From the sequence record NZ_CP025692.1: a stretch of DNA of 55,589 bases; one strand, 5' to 3'. This stretch comes from a plasmid. Below the pieces are notes generated by a model. The model made no database searches. It saw nothing but the letters and a program-made list of their open reading frames with translations, and was not told the DNA's origin. The position numbers were made by a program, and so were the translations under genes. Shown in pieces: positions 19,236 to 28,704 of the stretch (position 1 is its first letter; each line of letters starts with the position of its first letter).

Positions 19236-19616
19236 TTGATCATGTTCATTATAGCCTAGGTTAACTTCAAAGAAGTAATTTCTTTGAAGCCTTTTGTGAT
19301 GCTCCAAATTTAGGAATAAAACGCCCCGATTAAAGCAATGATGTCAAATATGTCAGAAATTAAGACTTTAGAGTCCTAATATACTTGACTTTACGTAGAA
19401 AACTTCCTGCTTAATCTATTATACAGAAACTTTGACGAGGAAACCAAATTTCATCTTAATATTGTTATCAACTGTTTCAGTGAAAGTTGCGCTTAATAAG
19501 GTATTTTTGTTTAATACTACGATCAAAGTTTAGCAGCAACTAAAAACAGCTTAAAATCTCTTTGTCGGTAGCAACCAGAGCTTATTTGTATAATTCTTTA
19601 AGCTTTTTTATTTAAT

Positions 19617-20771
19617 TCAACTTTTAACAACTTCAAATATCTCTGCCAACCATTCTTTAGCAATTTTTTCTCTGTCGTTTTCATTTAATTCAACAATTCC
19701 CTGATTTTCTTCACCTGAAATGTCTTTTTGTAGTATAACTGCCATTTCAGCCTGTGTTAATTGGACGTAGGAAGCTAATGTTGATATAGAGTATGTGAAA
19801 TTAATTGCGTTCCCTGAATTTGCTAGAATAACAGTCCTATTGCTTTTAGTTTTTAAAATTTTATACCCACCATTGTGTCCATAGTGGGGTAATTTGTTGA
19901 TCATTTGACTATTTTTAAAAGTATCGTCCGCTGAAGTTACAGAAAAGCTATATAAAGTATGTTTCAAATCCAATTTTTTTAGTTGAAGAGTATCAATAGA
20001 CTTCTCTCCATTAGCTATATACACAATATCAACGTCAATTAGCTCAGTATATATATCATTAGTTATTTGGTACCCATGGGCTAATGCGTTAGCTAATCGT
20101 ATTGCCCTTTTATCAGCAACTATGACTATTGCACCACGTTTTCTTAAATTACCCGCTATACTGGAGCCAACTTTACCATAGCCAATAACTAGTACTTTCT
20201 TGCCTAAAAGCGTCGTTCCATAATCTGCTAAAAAGATTTCGGATTTGACTACAATCTCATGTCCAACCAAAAAATCTTCCTCAATTTTTAAAGAACTTCT
20301 TGCCACTGATAGTATTGGGACTGATATTGAATTATTGGACAGCTTATCTTCATACTTTTGGTAGCCATTTTCCGTATCCTCGATTATTTTAACCAATTGA
20401 CCTTTAAACTGTTTCTGAATGTCACTTAATCTTGGTACAAAATACCCACCAATATCAATAATTGCAAACGTGTCCTGTCCGACAATTTCCTTTATCAAGT
20501 TAGGTGTATCAGCGCCTGCTAATTCTTTCCTAGAAACATCTAATATTGTACAAGTCTTTGATAAATGTTTAAGGACTTTACGATCAATACTTTTGGGCTT
20601 GGGTATAAAGTACACTTCGTAGTGTTCACATAAATAGTCTATAAAATCCAAACTGTTAATCACGGCGTGCTCTACGACAAGGATTTTTTGGGGATCAGAC
20701 TGCCCTTTATTAAAAAGCGCAGCGACTTTTTCGAAATACGATTTATCTAATAGATACTCATTATGTCTCAT
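19617..20771 (-). CDS. divergent S-adenosyl-L-homocysteine hydrolase-fold protein (NAD-binding domain retained)
   Basis: VLVIGYGKVGSSIAGNLRKRGAIVIVADKRAIRLANALAHGYQI aligns to SAHH GYGDVGKG...[22 protein letters not shown]. The substrate-domain His (VVEHAV) is present. DDGGD is replaced by DIGGY and TTTG by TENG. Confidence 0.6.
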   Translation of the reverse strand: MRHNEYLLDKSYFEKVAALFNKGQSDPQKILVVEHAVINSLDFIDYLCEHYEVYFIPKPKSIDRKVLKHLSKTCTILDVSRKELAGADTPNLIKEIVGQDTFAIIDIGGYFVPRLSDIQKQFKGQLVKIIEDTENGYQKYEDKLSNNSISVPILSVARSSLKIEEDFLVGHEIVVKSEIFLADYGTTLLGKKVLVIGYGKVGSSIAGNLRKRGAIVIVADKRAIRLANALAHGYQITNDIYTELIDVDIVYIANGEKSIDTLQLKKLDLKHTLYSFSVTSADDTFKNSQMINKLPHYGHNGGYKILKTKSNRTVILANSGNAINFTYSISTLASYVQLTQAEMAVILQKDISGEENQGIVELNENDREKIAKEWLAEIFEVVKS

Positions 20772-21423
20772 CTTTTACACCTGTTTCCATTTGGAATTCA
20801 GATAAGAAATCACGCATATACTTTGTTCGACGACTGGCTTCTTGCTTTCCCGTTCTGGTATTCATTGAACTTGCTAATTTCAGTAGCTTTTCATAAAAGT
20901 GATTGATGGTTGTACTTTTGTGATGGCGATAATCATCGTGTGTTTTGATTTCCTTCACTGATATTTTGGGATCGTATATTTCCTGTCCAGCGTGCCCGCC
21001 GTAAGCAAATGCACGTGCTATGCCGATTGCACCTAGTGCATCAAGTCTATCAGCGTCCTGAACACATTTACCTTCGTTAGAAAGCTGGTAATGGTGTTCA
21101 ATGTTGTCAGAATATGACATATGTTGGATAATATCTAAAATGTCTTCTCTAGCCGGAGTTGCAATATTCTCATGGCTAAGTATAATTCGTACTTCTCTCA
21201 GTCTATTCTTTTTATCTGCAGTGACTTTTTCGTCTATGGTGTCATGCAAATAGCTAGCTGCTTTCACAACATACACACCAATATCAGTTTCATCTTTTTT
21301 AAAATCTTCTGTATATATTTTCTGAGCTAACTTAGCCACTCTTTGGGCATGAAGAAAATCATGCCCAGTTGGATCAAAGGCCATATTTTCTTTAGAAAAT
21401 GATTTTATATCATCTAAACTCAT
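20761..21423 (-). CDS. HD-domain phosphohydrolase (YpgQ/YedJ-like)
   Basis: H..RVAKLA, YLHDTID and DADRLDALGAIGIAR motifs, 220 aa. Confidence 0.7.
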   Translation of the reverse strand: MSLDDIKSFSKENMAFDPTGHDFLHAQRVAKLAQKIYTEDFKKDETDIGVYVVKAASYLHDTIDEKVTADKKNRLREVRIILSHENIATPAREDILDIIQHMSYSDNIEHHYQLSNEGKCVQDADRLDALGAIGIARAFAYGGHAGQEIYDPKISVKEIKTHDDYRHHKSTTINHFYEKLLKLASSMNTRTGKQEASRRTKYMRDFLSEFQMETGVKDET

Positions 21424-22823
21424 TACTCTTTATCTCCTTTAATTACTTTATTTCGTAAAGCTATCAAGCATAGAGAAATTGTGAATACGGCAACAAAAAA
21501 CAAAATCAAGAAATTGATTGCTAACCCCCATTTTGTCCCTGAAATTACACTCCCTTGTTGTTTCTGCAATAAAGAAACAATAGAGGACGATATTGCAATT
21601 CCAACTGCTCCTGAATAAGCTTGAACCGTCATATAAATCGAATTACCATCATTTACTAACCCAGCAGGTAATTGAGACAAACTATAGGTCATGATGTTAC
21701 TGTAGCTAAAGCTCAATCCCACCATAAAAAGCATATATATTAAAACCAGCCCGCCAATACTTGGTTTAAATAGGTTGGCGCCCAAAAAGGTCAGTCCAAT
21801 GATTATACAGCCACTTATAATGGGTAAGCGGGGTGCAGTTTTATCGTAAATAATACCAGCAACCACCGATAGCACTGCATCAATCACAGCGGCAGGAGCA
21901 ATTAGAAAACCTACCAAACCAGGTGACTGGGCAAAAAGTATTTGTAGCACATTAGGGATTAAGTATGACATACTCAAAGAACTGAATTGCAATAGAAAAA
22001 AAGCACTTAACAACTGCAAAAAGCGTTTGTTTTTAAAGAGACTTAATTCCAACAATTTATGGCTCTTATGCTTCTCATTAAGAAGGAAAAGTAAGCCACT
22101 AAAAAAAGCTGTTCCTAGTAAAAATAAATACAATTTAAAAGAGCTACTGTTAGCAGTCAAGTTAACAATAAACATCAACGTCGTTGTCAAAAAAATGGCC
22201 AAGAAAATGCCCCCACGGACATCAAAGGGAACGTAATGAACCGGTGAACTTTGTTCAATGCTAAGCTCACCAAGCAGCCAGGTAACCATAATAATTGGTA
22301 TTAAAATTATAAATAGAAAATGCCAATTGAATGTGTCCTGAATTATGCCACCATATATGGGACCCACTGCTGGTGCAAAGGCAATAACTAAGCTACCTAG
22401 CCCCATAAAAGTGCCAACTTTTTTCTTTGGCACTTGATCTAGTATGACAGCAAACATCAACGGTAACGCGATTCCATCAGCAATGCCTTGACATAAGCGG
22501 CCTAGCAAAACTAAATTAAAGCTGTTGGAAAAGCTTGCAATCAACGTACCGACTAAAAAGCTTAAGCACGAAACTCTAAATAAAGTTACCACACGAAACC
22601 GTCTTAAAAAGAATGAACCCAATGGAATCAAACTAGTTGAGACTAGCATATATCCAGTAGTCAACCATTGAACTTGACTGATAGGTATAGAAAAATACGT
22701 TGTTAATTGTGGGAAGGTTATGTTTAACGCTGTTTCAACCACTATTCCTAAAAAGCTTAAAAGACCAATCGAAATTATTGCGCTCAATAGTTTGTTGTGT
22801 TTCTCTTGAACCAAGAATTGCAC
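21423..22823 (-). CDS. MFS transporter, 14-TMS DHA2-like efflux type
   Basis: 466 aa, about 14 hydrophobic segments. Its stop overlaps the HD gene start, indicating an operon. Confidence 0.8.
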   Translation of the reverse strand: MQFLVQEKHNKLLSAIISIGLLSFLGIVVETALNITFPQLTTYFSIPISQVQWLTTGYMLVSTSLIPLGSFFLRRFRVVTLFRVSCLSFLVGTLIASFSNSFNLVLLGRLCQGIADGIALPLMFAVILDQVPKKKVGTFMGLGSLVIAFAPAVGPIYGGIIQDTFNWHFLFIILIPIIMVTWLLGELSIEQSSPVHYVPFDVRGGIFLAIFLTTTLMFIVNLTANSSSFKLYLFLLGTAFFSGLLFLLNEKHKSHKLLELSLFKNKRFLQLLSAFFLLQFSSLSMSYLIPNVLQILFAQSPGLVGFLIAPAAVIDAVLSVVAGIIYDKTAPRLPIISGCIIIGLTFLGANLFKPSIGGLVLIYMLFMVGLSFSYSNIMTYSLSQLPAGLVNDGNSIYMTVQAYSGAVGIAISSSIVSLLQKQQGSVISGTKWGLAINFLILFFVAVFTISLCLIALRNKVIKGDKE

Positions 22824-23006
22824 CTTCCAAACACTACATATAGTTTTTATTACATATTATACCACTATATATGGTTATTAGGCCGTTGCTCCTACATATT
22901 TTCAAGAACGAACAATAGTTTCTCTAGCCTTTGAGAAACTACACTTAAAATAGTCGCAAGTCCGTTATAGCCATGCTATAATGTAAACAGAAAAAGGAAG
23001 CCCCGC

Positions 23007-23112
23007 TAGAACAGGGCTTCCCATGTAGAGCCGTTTAAGACGGTGGCAAAGTTTAATAATAGATTAAATAATCCGTTAGCCCTGCCAAAAGCTAAGACGG
23101 ATTATTTTTTTT
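23007..23112 (+). ncRNA. candidate antitoxin sRNA, copy 3 (diverged)
   Basis: The same aTGcTATAAT promoter (22991-23000), hairpins with compensatory changes (CCGT...ACGG vs CCGC...GCGG), and a terminator followed by a T8 run. Confidence 0.4.
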
Positions 23113-23206
23113 GCTGACTTTTGATCAGCTCAACAATTAATGCAATCAAGGCCACGATAAATGTACCGAAAGCTAGCATTAATTGTAAAGCGTCCGAAAC
23201 GGACAC
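23102..23206 (-). CDS. Fst-like toxin peptide, copy 3 (34 aa, GTG start: MSVSDALQLMLAFGTFIVALIALIVELIKSQQKK)
   Basis: RBS AGGAG 8 nt upstream of the GTG. Hydrophobic core plus charged tail. Confidence 0.45.
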   Translation of the reverse strand: MSVSDALQLMLAFGTFIVALIALIVELIKSQQKK

Positions 23207-23484
23207 TTAGGCTACTCCTTTCGTTAGGATTTATGGGCTTTAAAGGTTTAACACCATAAGCACCGCCTCCGATCGGAAATAGCCACCGCCTTAACTTCTC
23301 TACTTGATTCATTATACAGAGATATAATTCTTTTAGAAACATATTTTTAAATCAGTAGTGTACTTCATTCTAACCTGGATTAGTGTATTAACGTAAGTCA
23401 TCTTAGTAAGAACATTGAGCATAAAAATACGGTAATTGATTCATTTTATCAGAGTGCTTGCTTATATCTATAGGAGGTTCTATT

Positions 23485-24564
23485 TTGAATATTCAATCTG
23501 TAAATAGTTTTTTAAGCAAAAAAGCAGAATCCCTAAAGTCTATAAAAGCTAATGTAACAGTTGATGGAAGAGGTTTGCTACCACGATTTTTCTATAGAGG
23601 ACAGTCAAATGACTTCAAAAGTAGTAATAACGTTGCTAGCATCTTTAGACAAAAAGAGCTCTCCGGATATACCCATGAATATTCATTTACTAATGAGTAC
23701 ATGCGTAGGTACGCAAACGATTTTAACAATTTAGAAAACAATTTTTCTCGCCTGTCTTATATGCAACATTTTGGCTTGCCAACTAGGTTATTAGATGTAA
23801 CGACCAATGCTCTTGTCGCTCTTTATTTTGCCTGTCAATCTCATCTTGATTCTGAAGGACATGAAACAGACGGGATAGTTACCATGTTTTTTTCTAACAA
23901 GACACAAAATATTGATGATTTCACATACTATAGTAGTCGCAGTGACACCGTGGAAGTCTTATCAACATTAGCATTGATGGACGAAGAAAAAAAGAAAAGT
24001 ATTTATAGAAAAATATCTTCTTTCAACAAAAATATTGATGATTTGTTGAAAGAAGATGAAAATCATTTATACCCAAGTTGGTACATGGATCTGGTCAAGC
24101 AGTTCCCAGAGGGCTATTATGAACAACTTTCTGAGGAAAACCAAAAAGTATATGACTCACTAAATGATTTCTATAAAGAAATAAATCAGTCTTATGAAAT
24201 GCAATGCCTGTATCATGACATTAAAAGAGATACTGGTTATTTTGCTGATCTAATCAACTTTAGAACTTTACTTCACCCATTTTTCGTCGAACCTTCAATT
24301 AATAATGAACGCTTACGAGCTCAAAGTGGTTTTTTCCTTTTTGAACCTTATGATGGTACATCATGTAGCTTGGAAAATATTCATGATGATATTGATAACA
24401 AAGTATCTCTGTACAATGGACACAATGAGCCAATTAGATTAGTAATTCCTGGTGAAAAAAAGCAACAAATTTTAAACGAATTAAATCAATCATTGGAAAT
24501 AAACCAGGCTACTTTATTTCCAGACAAAGAAAATGTGGCTAGTTATATAAAAAATAATTTTTAA
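23485..24564 (+). CDS. FRG-domain protein
   Basis: FYRGQS, YMQHFGLPTRLLDVT and RLRAQSGFF match the FRG signature. AGGAGG RBS with a TTG start at 23485, which I prefer over 23458. Confidence 0.7.
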   Translation: MNIQSVNSFLSKKAESLKSIKANVTVDGRGLLPRFFYRGQSNDFKSSNNVASIFRQKELSGYTHEYSFTNEYMRRYANDFNNLENNFSRLSYMQHFGLPTRLLDVTTNALVALYFACQSHLDSEGHETDGIVTMFFSNKTQNIDDFTYYSSRSDTVEVLSTLALMDEEKKKSIYRKISSFNKNIDDLLKEDENHLYPSWYMDLVKQFPEGYYEQLSEENQKVYDSLNDFYKEINQSYEMQCLYHDIKRDTGYFADLINFRTLLHPFFVEPSINNERLRAQSGFFLFEPYDGTSCSLENIHDDIDNKVSLYNGHNEPIRLVIPGEKKQQILNELNQSLEINQATLFPDKENVASYIKNNF

Positions 24565-24589
24565 TAAAAAATGTTTAAAGGCCATTAGG

Positions 24590-25067
24590 GCATATTCAAA
24601 CGAAGCGTAATGGCTGGTGTTACTTATCAACCATCATGGATCTGCACTCAAGACGAATTATCGGCTATTCATTCTCAAAAAAGATGGCTACTGATTTAGT
24701 CTTAAAGACCCTGGAAAGCGCGGTTAAAAATCGAACCATTACTGGGGACCTGATTATCCACATAGACTTAGGATCACAGTACACCAGCGATGATTACAAC
24801 CAACGGTTAACAGAACTACATATCCGCCACTCTTACAGCCGTAAGGGGTGTCCATACGATAATGCACCAATGGAATCTTTTCATGCTTCCCTCAAAAAGG
24901 AATGTGTTTATCCAGTGCCGGTCTTTGAGAATTATGAAACTGCCGCTGCTGTCCTTTTTGAATATGTGCATGCTTTCTACAATAGGAAGAGAATTCATAG
25001 TTCACTGGGCTACCAGACCCCCTTACAAGTTGAAATTGCAACACTTACGAGCCAAATGGCCGCCTGA
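24590..25067 (+). pseudogene. IS3-family OrfB 3' remnant (a different IS3 member)
   Basis: ...KRNGWCYLSTIMDLHSRRIIGYSFS... through the C-terminus. No orfA and no left end. Confidence 0.8.
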
Positions 25068-25337
25068 TTTAATGCTTTCCAGGGTTCAAATAAGTTATTA
25101 ATCGCGATTAATGATTTATTTGAGCTGTGGAAGGTAAACGCGGTTCTGAATGTCTCTTAAAATCTGTCTCAAATATTGACTTCAATCCAATATAGCGAGC
25201 GGAAGCTAAATAAACGTTTCGAATCAAATCAAGGTGCTTAATGGAAAGTTGCTACGGTAGGCATCAGACTCATTTGATCCTCCCTACTCACTTTTTTGTT
25301 ATAATAAAGTTATACAAACAAATGGAGCGTGACATAA

Positions 25338-26396
25338 ATGACAAAACTAATTACACTGAAAAACTTGCCGAAGACACTGACTCCGAATGAAGATGTACTC
25401 ACCTTGAGTATTAATTTAAATAAATTAAAATACCAACAAGATGAGCGTCTGCACTTAAAGAGTGCGCTTACAGAAATTAAAAAATATTCTATGGAACACC
25501 CTGAATTAAACTATAAAGAGCTTGAACGTCAGGTAGACAACTTAATTGATCAGAACCTACCATACCAAGGGATAACGTTATTCATTCAAGGTAATACTTT
25601 AGAGTTGTTCGTTTTACCACGGACAACTGTTGACGAAGTAAAGTTAACAATTAGCAAATCTCCCGACTTACTATCTATTTTACGTGAGCAACCAAACAAG
25701 ATGTATTACTTGTTAGCGTTAGAGGGAACATCATTCAGACTATTCAAAATTGTTGATAAAACAGTTGCACCCGTGAAATTAGATGCAGACGCCCCAACCG
25801 ACCTAGTGGAAACATTAGGATCAGAAAAACGTGGTGGTGAACTTAACTTTATTGGTCAAGGTGGTTCAACAACTTTCCATGGCCACAATGAAACAAGCAA
25901 GGAAAAACAGATTGATTTAGAGCGTTACTACCGCGAAATCAATAAGTATCTGGTTGAAACTATTGACTTAACTGTTCCAATCGTCTTAATGGGATTACCT
26001 AAAAATCTGTCATTATTCAAACGAATTTCAGAAAAGCTGTCTCTATCTGAAATTCAAATTAGCAAATCCCCAACGGACTTAACAAATGCCCAAATTGAAA
26101 AGACCACTAGCAACGAAATCAGTGAACAAGAGGTTGAAACAATCACTGACGATGTTGCTGCCATTAATAACAAGCGGGTATTAACTGACACAGCTGAAAT
26201 TGACCAAGCAATTGATACAAACCAACTAAACAAGCTGATTGTTAACGTTGGTAACCTATCCAATAGCGTCGATGACCACCTATACAATGACATCAACCGA
26301 ATTATCTCTCGTGCCTTAAAGATTAACAGTCAGGTGGTTGTTCTTAAACAAGAAGAACCACAATCACCAGCCTTATTGGAAGCAACAACTTATTAA
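25338..26396 (+). CDS. protein with an eRF1 domain-2-like core (bacterial eRF1/Vms1-like, baeRF candidate)
   Basis: YYLLALEGTSFRLFKI...RGGELNFIGQGGSTTFHGH...ERYYREINKYLVE follows the pattern of the eRF1 central domain (the vvDrseatia...rGGqSa.RF.R...ylrkvae layout). The canonical GGQ is altered. Confidence 0.4.
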   Translation: MTKLITLKNLPKTLTPNEDVLTLSINLNKLKYQQDERLHLKSALTEIKKYSMEHPELNYKELERQVDNLIDQNLPYQGITLFIQGNTLELFVLPRTTVDEVKLTISKSPDLLSILREQPNKMYYLLALEGTSFRLFKIVDKTVAPVKLDADAPTDLVETLGSEKRGGELNFIGQGGSTTFHGHNETSKEKQIDLERYYREINKYLVETIDLTVPIVLMGLPKNLSLFKRISEKLSLSEIQISKSPTDLTNAQIEKTTSNEISEQEVETITDDVAAINNKRVLTDTAEIDQAIDTNQLNKLIVNVGNLSNSVDDHLYNDINRIISRALKINSQVVVLKQEEPQSPALLEATTY

Positions 26397-26399
26397 TCG

Positions 26400-26446
26400 A
26401 AAAGCTCACAGAGCACGCCTAAACGGGGCTGTTCTGTGAGCTTTTT
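26400..26446. terminator. bidirectional intrinsic terminator
   Basis: AAAAGCTCACAGAGCACGCCTAAACGGGGCTGTTCTGTGAGCTTTTT. Confidence 0.6.
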
Positions 26447-26511
26447 GATGATTTGCGAAAACCACCAAAAAATAATAAACTAAGGGTCTATTATTTTTTG
26501 GAGAGTCGATA

Positions 26512-26805
26512 ATGAAAAAGCTGATATTTTCAATCTGGGCAATTGCCCTGTTAATCATCGCAGGTACCCTAACTGTACTCGCAAGTAAAACAAATTCCGA
26601 CACTCAGTCTAACCAACAATTAGCACCCCAAACTCAAACCAAGCTAATCAATATCGCAGATAAAGCATTAACAAAACGCGAGGCAAAGCAAACTCGAATC
26701 GTCTATGTTGGCAAAGTAGTCAGACATCACCAGAAGTTCTATTTACTTGCTGGGATCAAACGCCAGACTGGTAAACGTGTCTCAACAAAACCAGATTCAA
26801 TTTGA
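26512..26805 (+). CDS. small secreted or membrane-anchored protein of unknown function
   Basis: Signal peptide or anchor MKKLIFSIWAIALLIIAGTLTVLASK. 97 aa, basic C-terminus. Confidence 0.5.
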   Translation: MKKLIFSIWAIALLIIAGTLTVLASKTNSDTQSNQQLAPQTQTKLINIADKALTKREAKQTRIVYVGKVVRHHQKFYLLAGIKRQTGKRVSTKPDSI

Positions 26806-26853
26806 AATTTCTTTATCAACGAAAGTTTTAATCTTAAAGGCGGTCAGGGAGTC

Positions 26854-28298
26854 TTAGAAGCTGTCTAAAATCTCTTAAGTAATAGTGCTAAAAACGCTAA
26901 AACGACCATTTGCAGACTGGTGGTTAATTGACGCTCACAATTTTTCCAAAGTCGCCGACAATTCTCTAGCCAACTAAAAGATCGTTCGACTACCCAACGT
27001 TGGGGCATGACTTCGAATCGATGCAACTCATTGTGCTTCGCAACCTGCACGGTTGCGTTTAAATTACTGGCTACATCGAGCTGAAAATTAACGCCTGAAT
27101 AACCACCATCAACTAAGACATTTTGAACCTGGCGTAAATGCATGGCATGTAAAGCGATCATTGCACTGGCCCCGTCTCGATCAGAGACGTTCGCTCGCGT
27201 CATGTGAATGGCCTGCGGAAAGCCATTGATATCAACTGCCAGATGGCGCTTAATCCCCGATATTTTCTTACCAGCGTCGTAACCTTTGTTTTCAGCAGTA
27301 GCGGTGTTTTTGACGCTCTGAGCGTCAACGATAATAAAGGAAGTTAAAGCTGAACGTCCTTGGTAAGTTCGCCGAGCAATGACAATTTTTTTAAAACTTG
27401 TTCCAATAAAGAATCAGCCGTAGGCTCAGCTTTAGTTGACCAAATTTTGTAATAGTTGTAAACTGACCGCCATTCTGGAAAATCACCGGGGACTTGACGC
27501 CATTGGCAACCGGTTTTCAAGACATATAGGACCGCACAGAAGACCTCGTAGAGGTCATATTTTCGAGGCTTAGTTCGCTTACGAAAATTTTCTAAAGCTG
27601 GTCGAATTAATTCAAATTGCTTCGCAACCTGCACGGTTGCGTTTAAATTACTGGCTACATCGAGCTGAAAATTAACGCCTGAATAACCACCATCAACTAA
27701 GACATTTTGAACCTGGCGTAAATGCATGGCATGTAAAGCGATCATTGCACTGGCCCCGTCTCGATCAGAGACGTTCGCTCGCGTCATGTGAATGGCCTGC
27801 GGAAAGCCATTGATATCAACTGCCAGATGGCGCTTAATCCCCGATATTTTCTTACCAGCGTCGTAACCTTTGTTTTCAGCAGTAGCGGTGTTTTTGACGC
27901 TCTGAGCGTCAACGATAATAAAGGAAGTTAAAGCTGAACGTCCTTGGTAAGTTCGCCGAGCAATGACAATTTTTTTAAAACTTGTTCCAATAAAGAATCA
28001 GCCGTAGGCTCAGCTTTAGTTGACCAAATTTTGTAATAGTTGTAAACTGACCGCCATTCTGGAAAATCACCGGGGACTTGACGCCATTGGCAACCGGTTT
28101 TCAAGACATATAGGACCGCACAGAAGACCTCGTAGAGGTCATATTTTCGAGGCTTAGTTCGCTTACGAAAATTTTCTAAAGCTGGTCGAATTAATTCAAA
28201 TTGTTGCCGAGTAATATTGCTGGGATAATTTTTCATAGCTTAAACTCGCTTTTTACATAGAAGTATATCAAAAATCATAGATCTTGGACAGCTTCTAA
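26854..28298 (-). mobile_element. IS427-group element copy B with a 571-bp internal tandem duplication (1445 bp)
   Basis: The same 20-bp IRs as copy A. The junction at 27613/27614 joins ...AATTCAAATTG to CTTCGCAACC, with ATTGT microhomology. ORFs 26865-27203, 27344-27787 (a chimera) and 27928-28236. Confidence 0.8.
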
Positions 28299-28704
28299 GG
28301 TTCATCATAGAAAAGAAGAATTACACCAGCCTCAAACAAGAAATCAATGATGTTTTGGTCGCTGCTAGTTTGGATTCCTTGGACCTGATAATATACCTAC
28401 GGTGTCTTTTTAGCTCGGTTATGTATCCAGCATGATTTATAGCTGGAGAAAACGATCCAGATATTTAAAATAGATAAAGAAAATTCAGAAATCACTTTTA
28501 AAGTTGGCGGTGTCTGTGTTTCGAATAAGTAACTAAATGTGACAACTTATCGTTACTTGAATATTTTTGATTAGTTTGCTAGCATATAAGAAGTATTATT
28601 AAAACATGAATAAATAAATCAGTTGACGTAAGCTCAAGGTGTTCTCTTTCAGGGGTGTGTAAGAGGTATCTGGGTTTACGTTTTTTGTATGAGGAGGTTT
28701 TTGT

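Noticed and set aside
27344-27787. 147-aa ORF as an independent transposase gene
   Set aside because: It is a chimera created by the internal tandem duplication in IS copy B (OrfB N-terminus fused to OrfA sequence).
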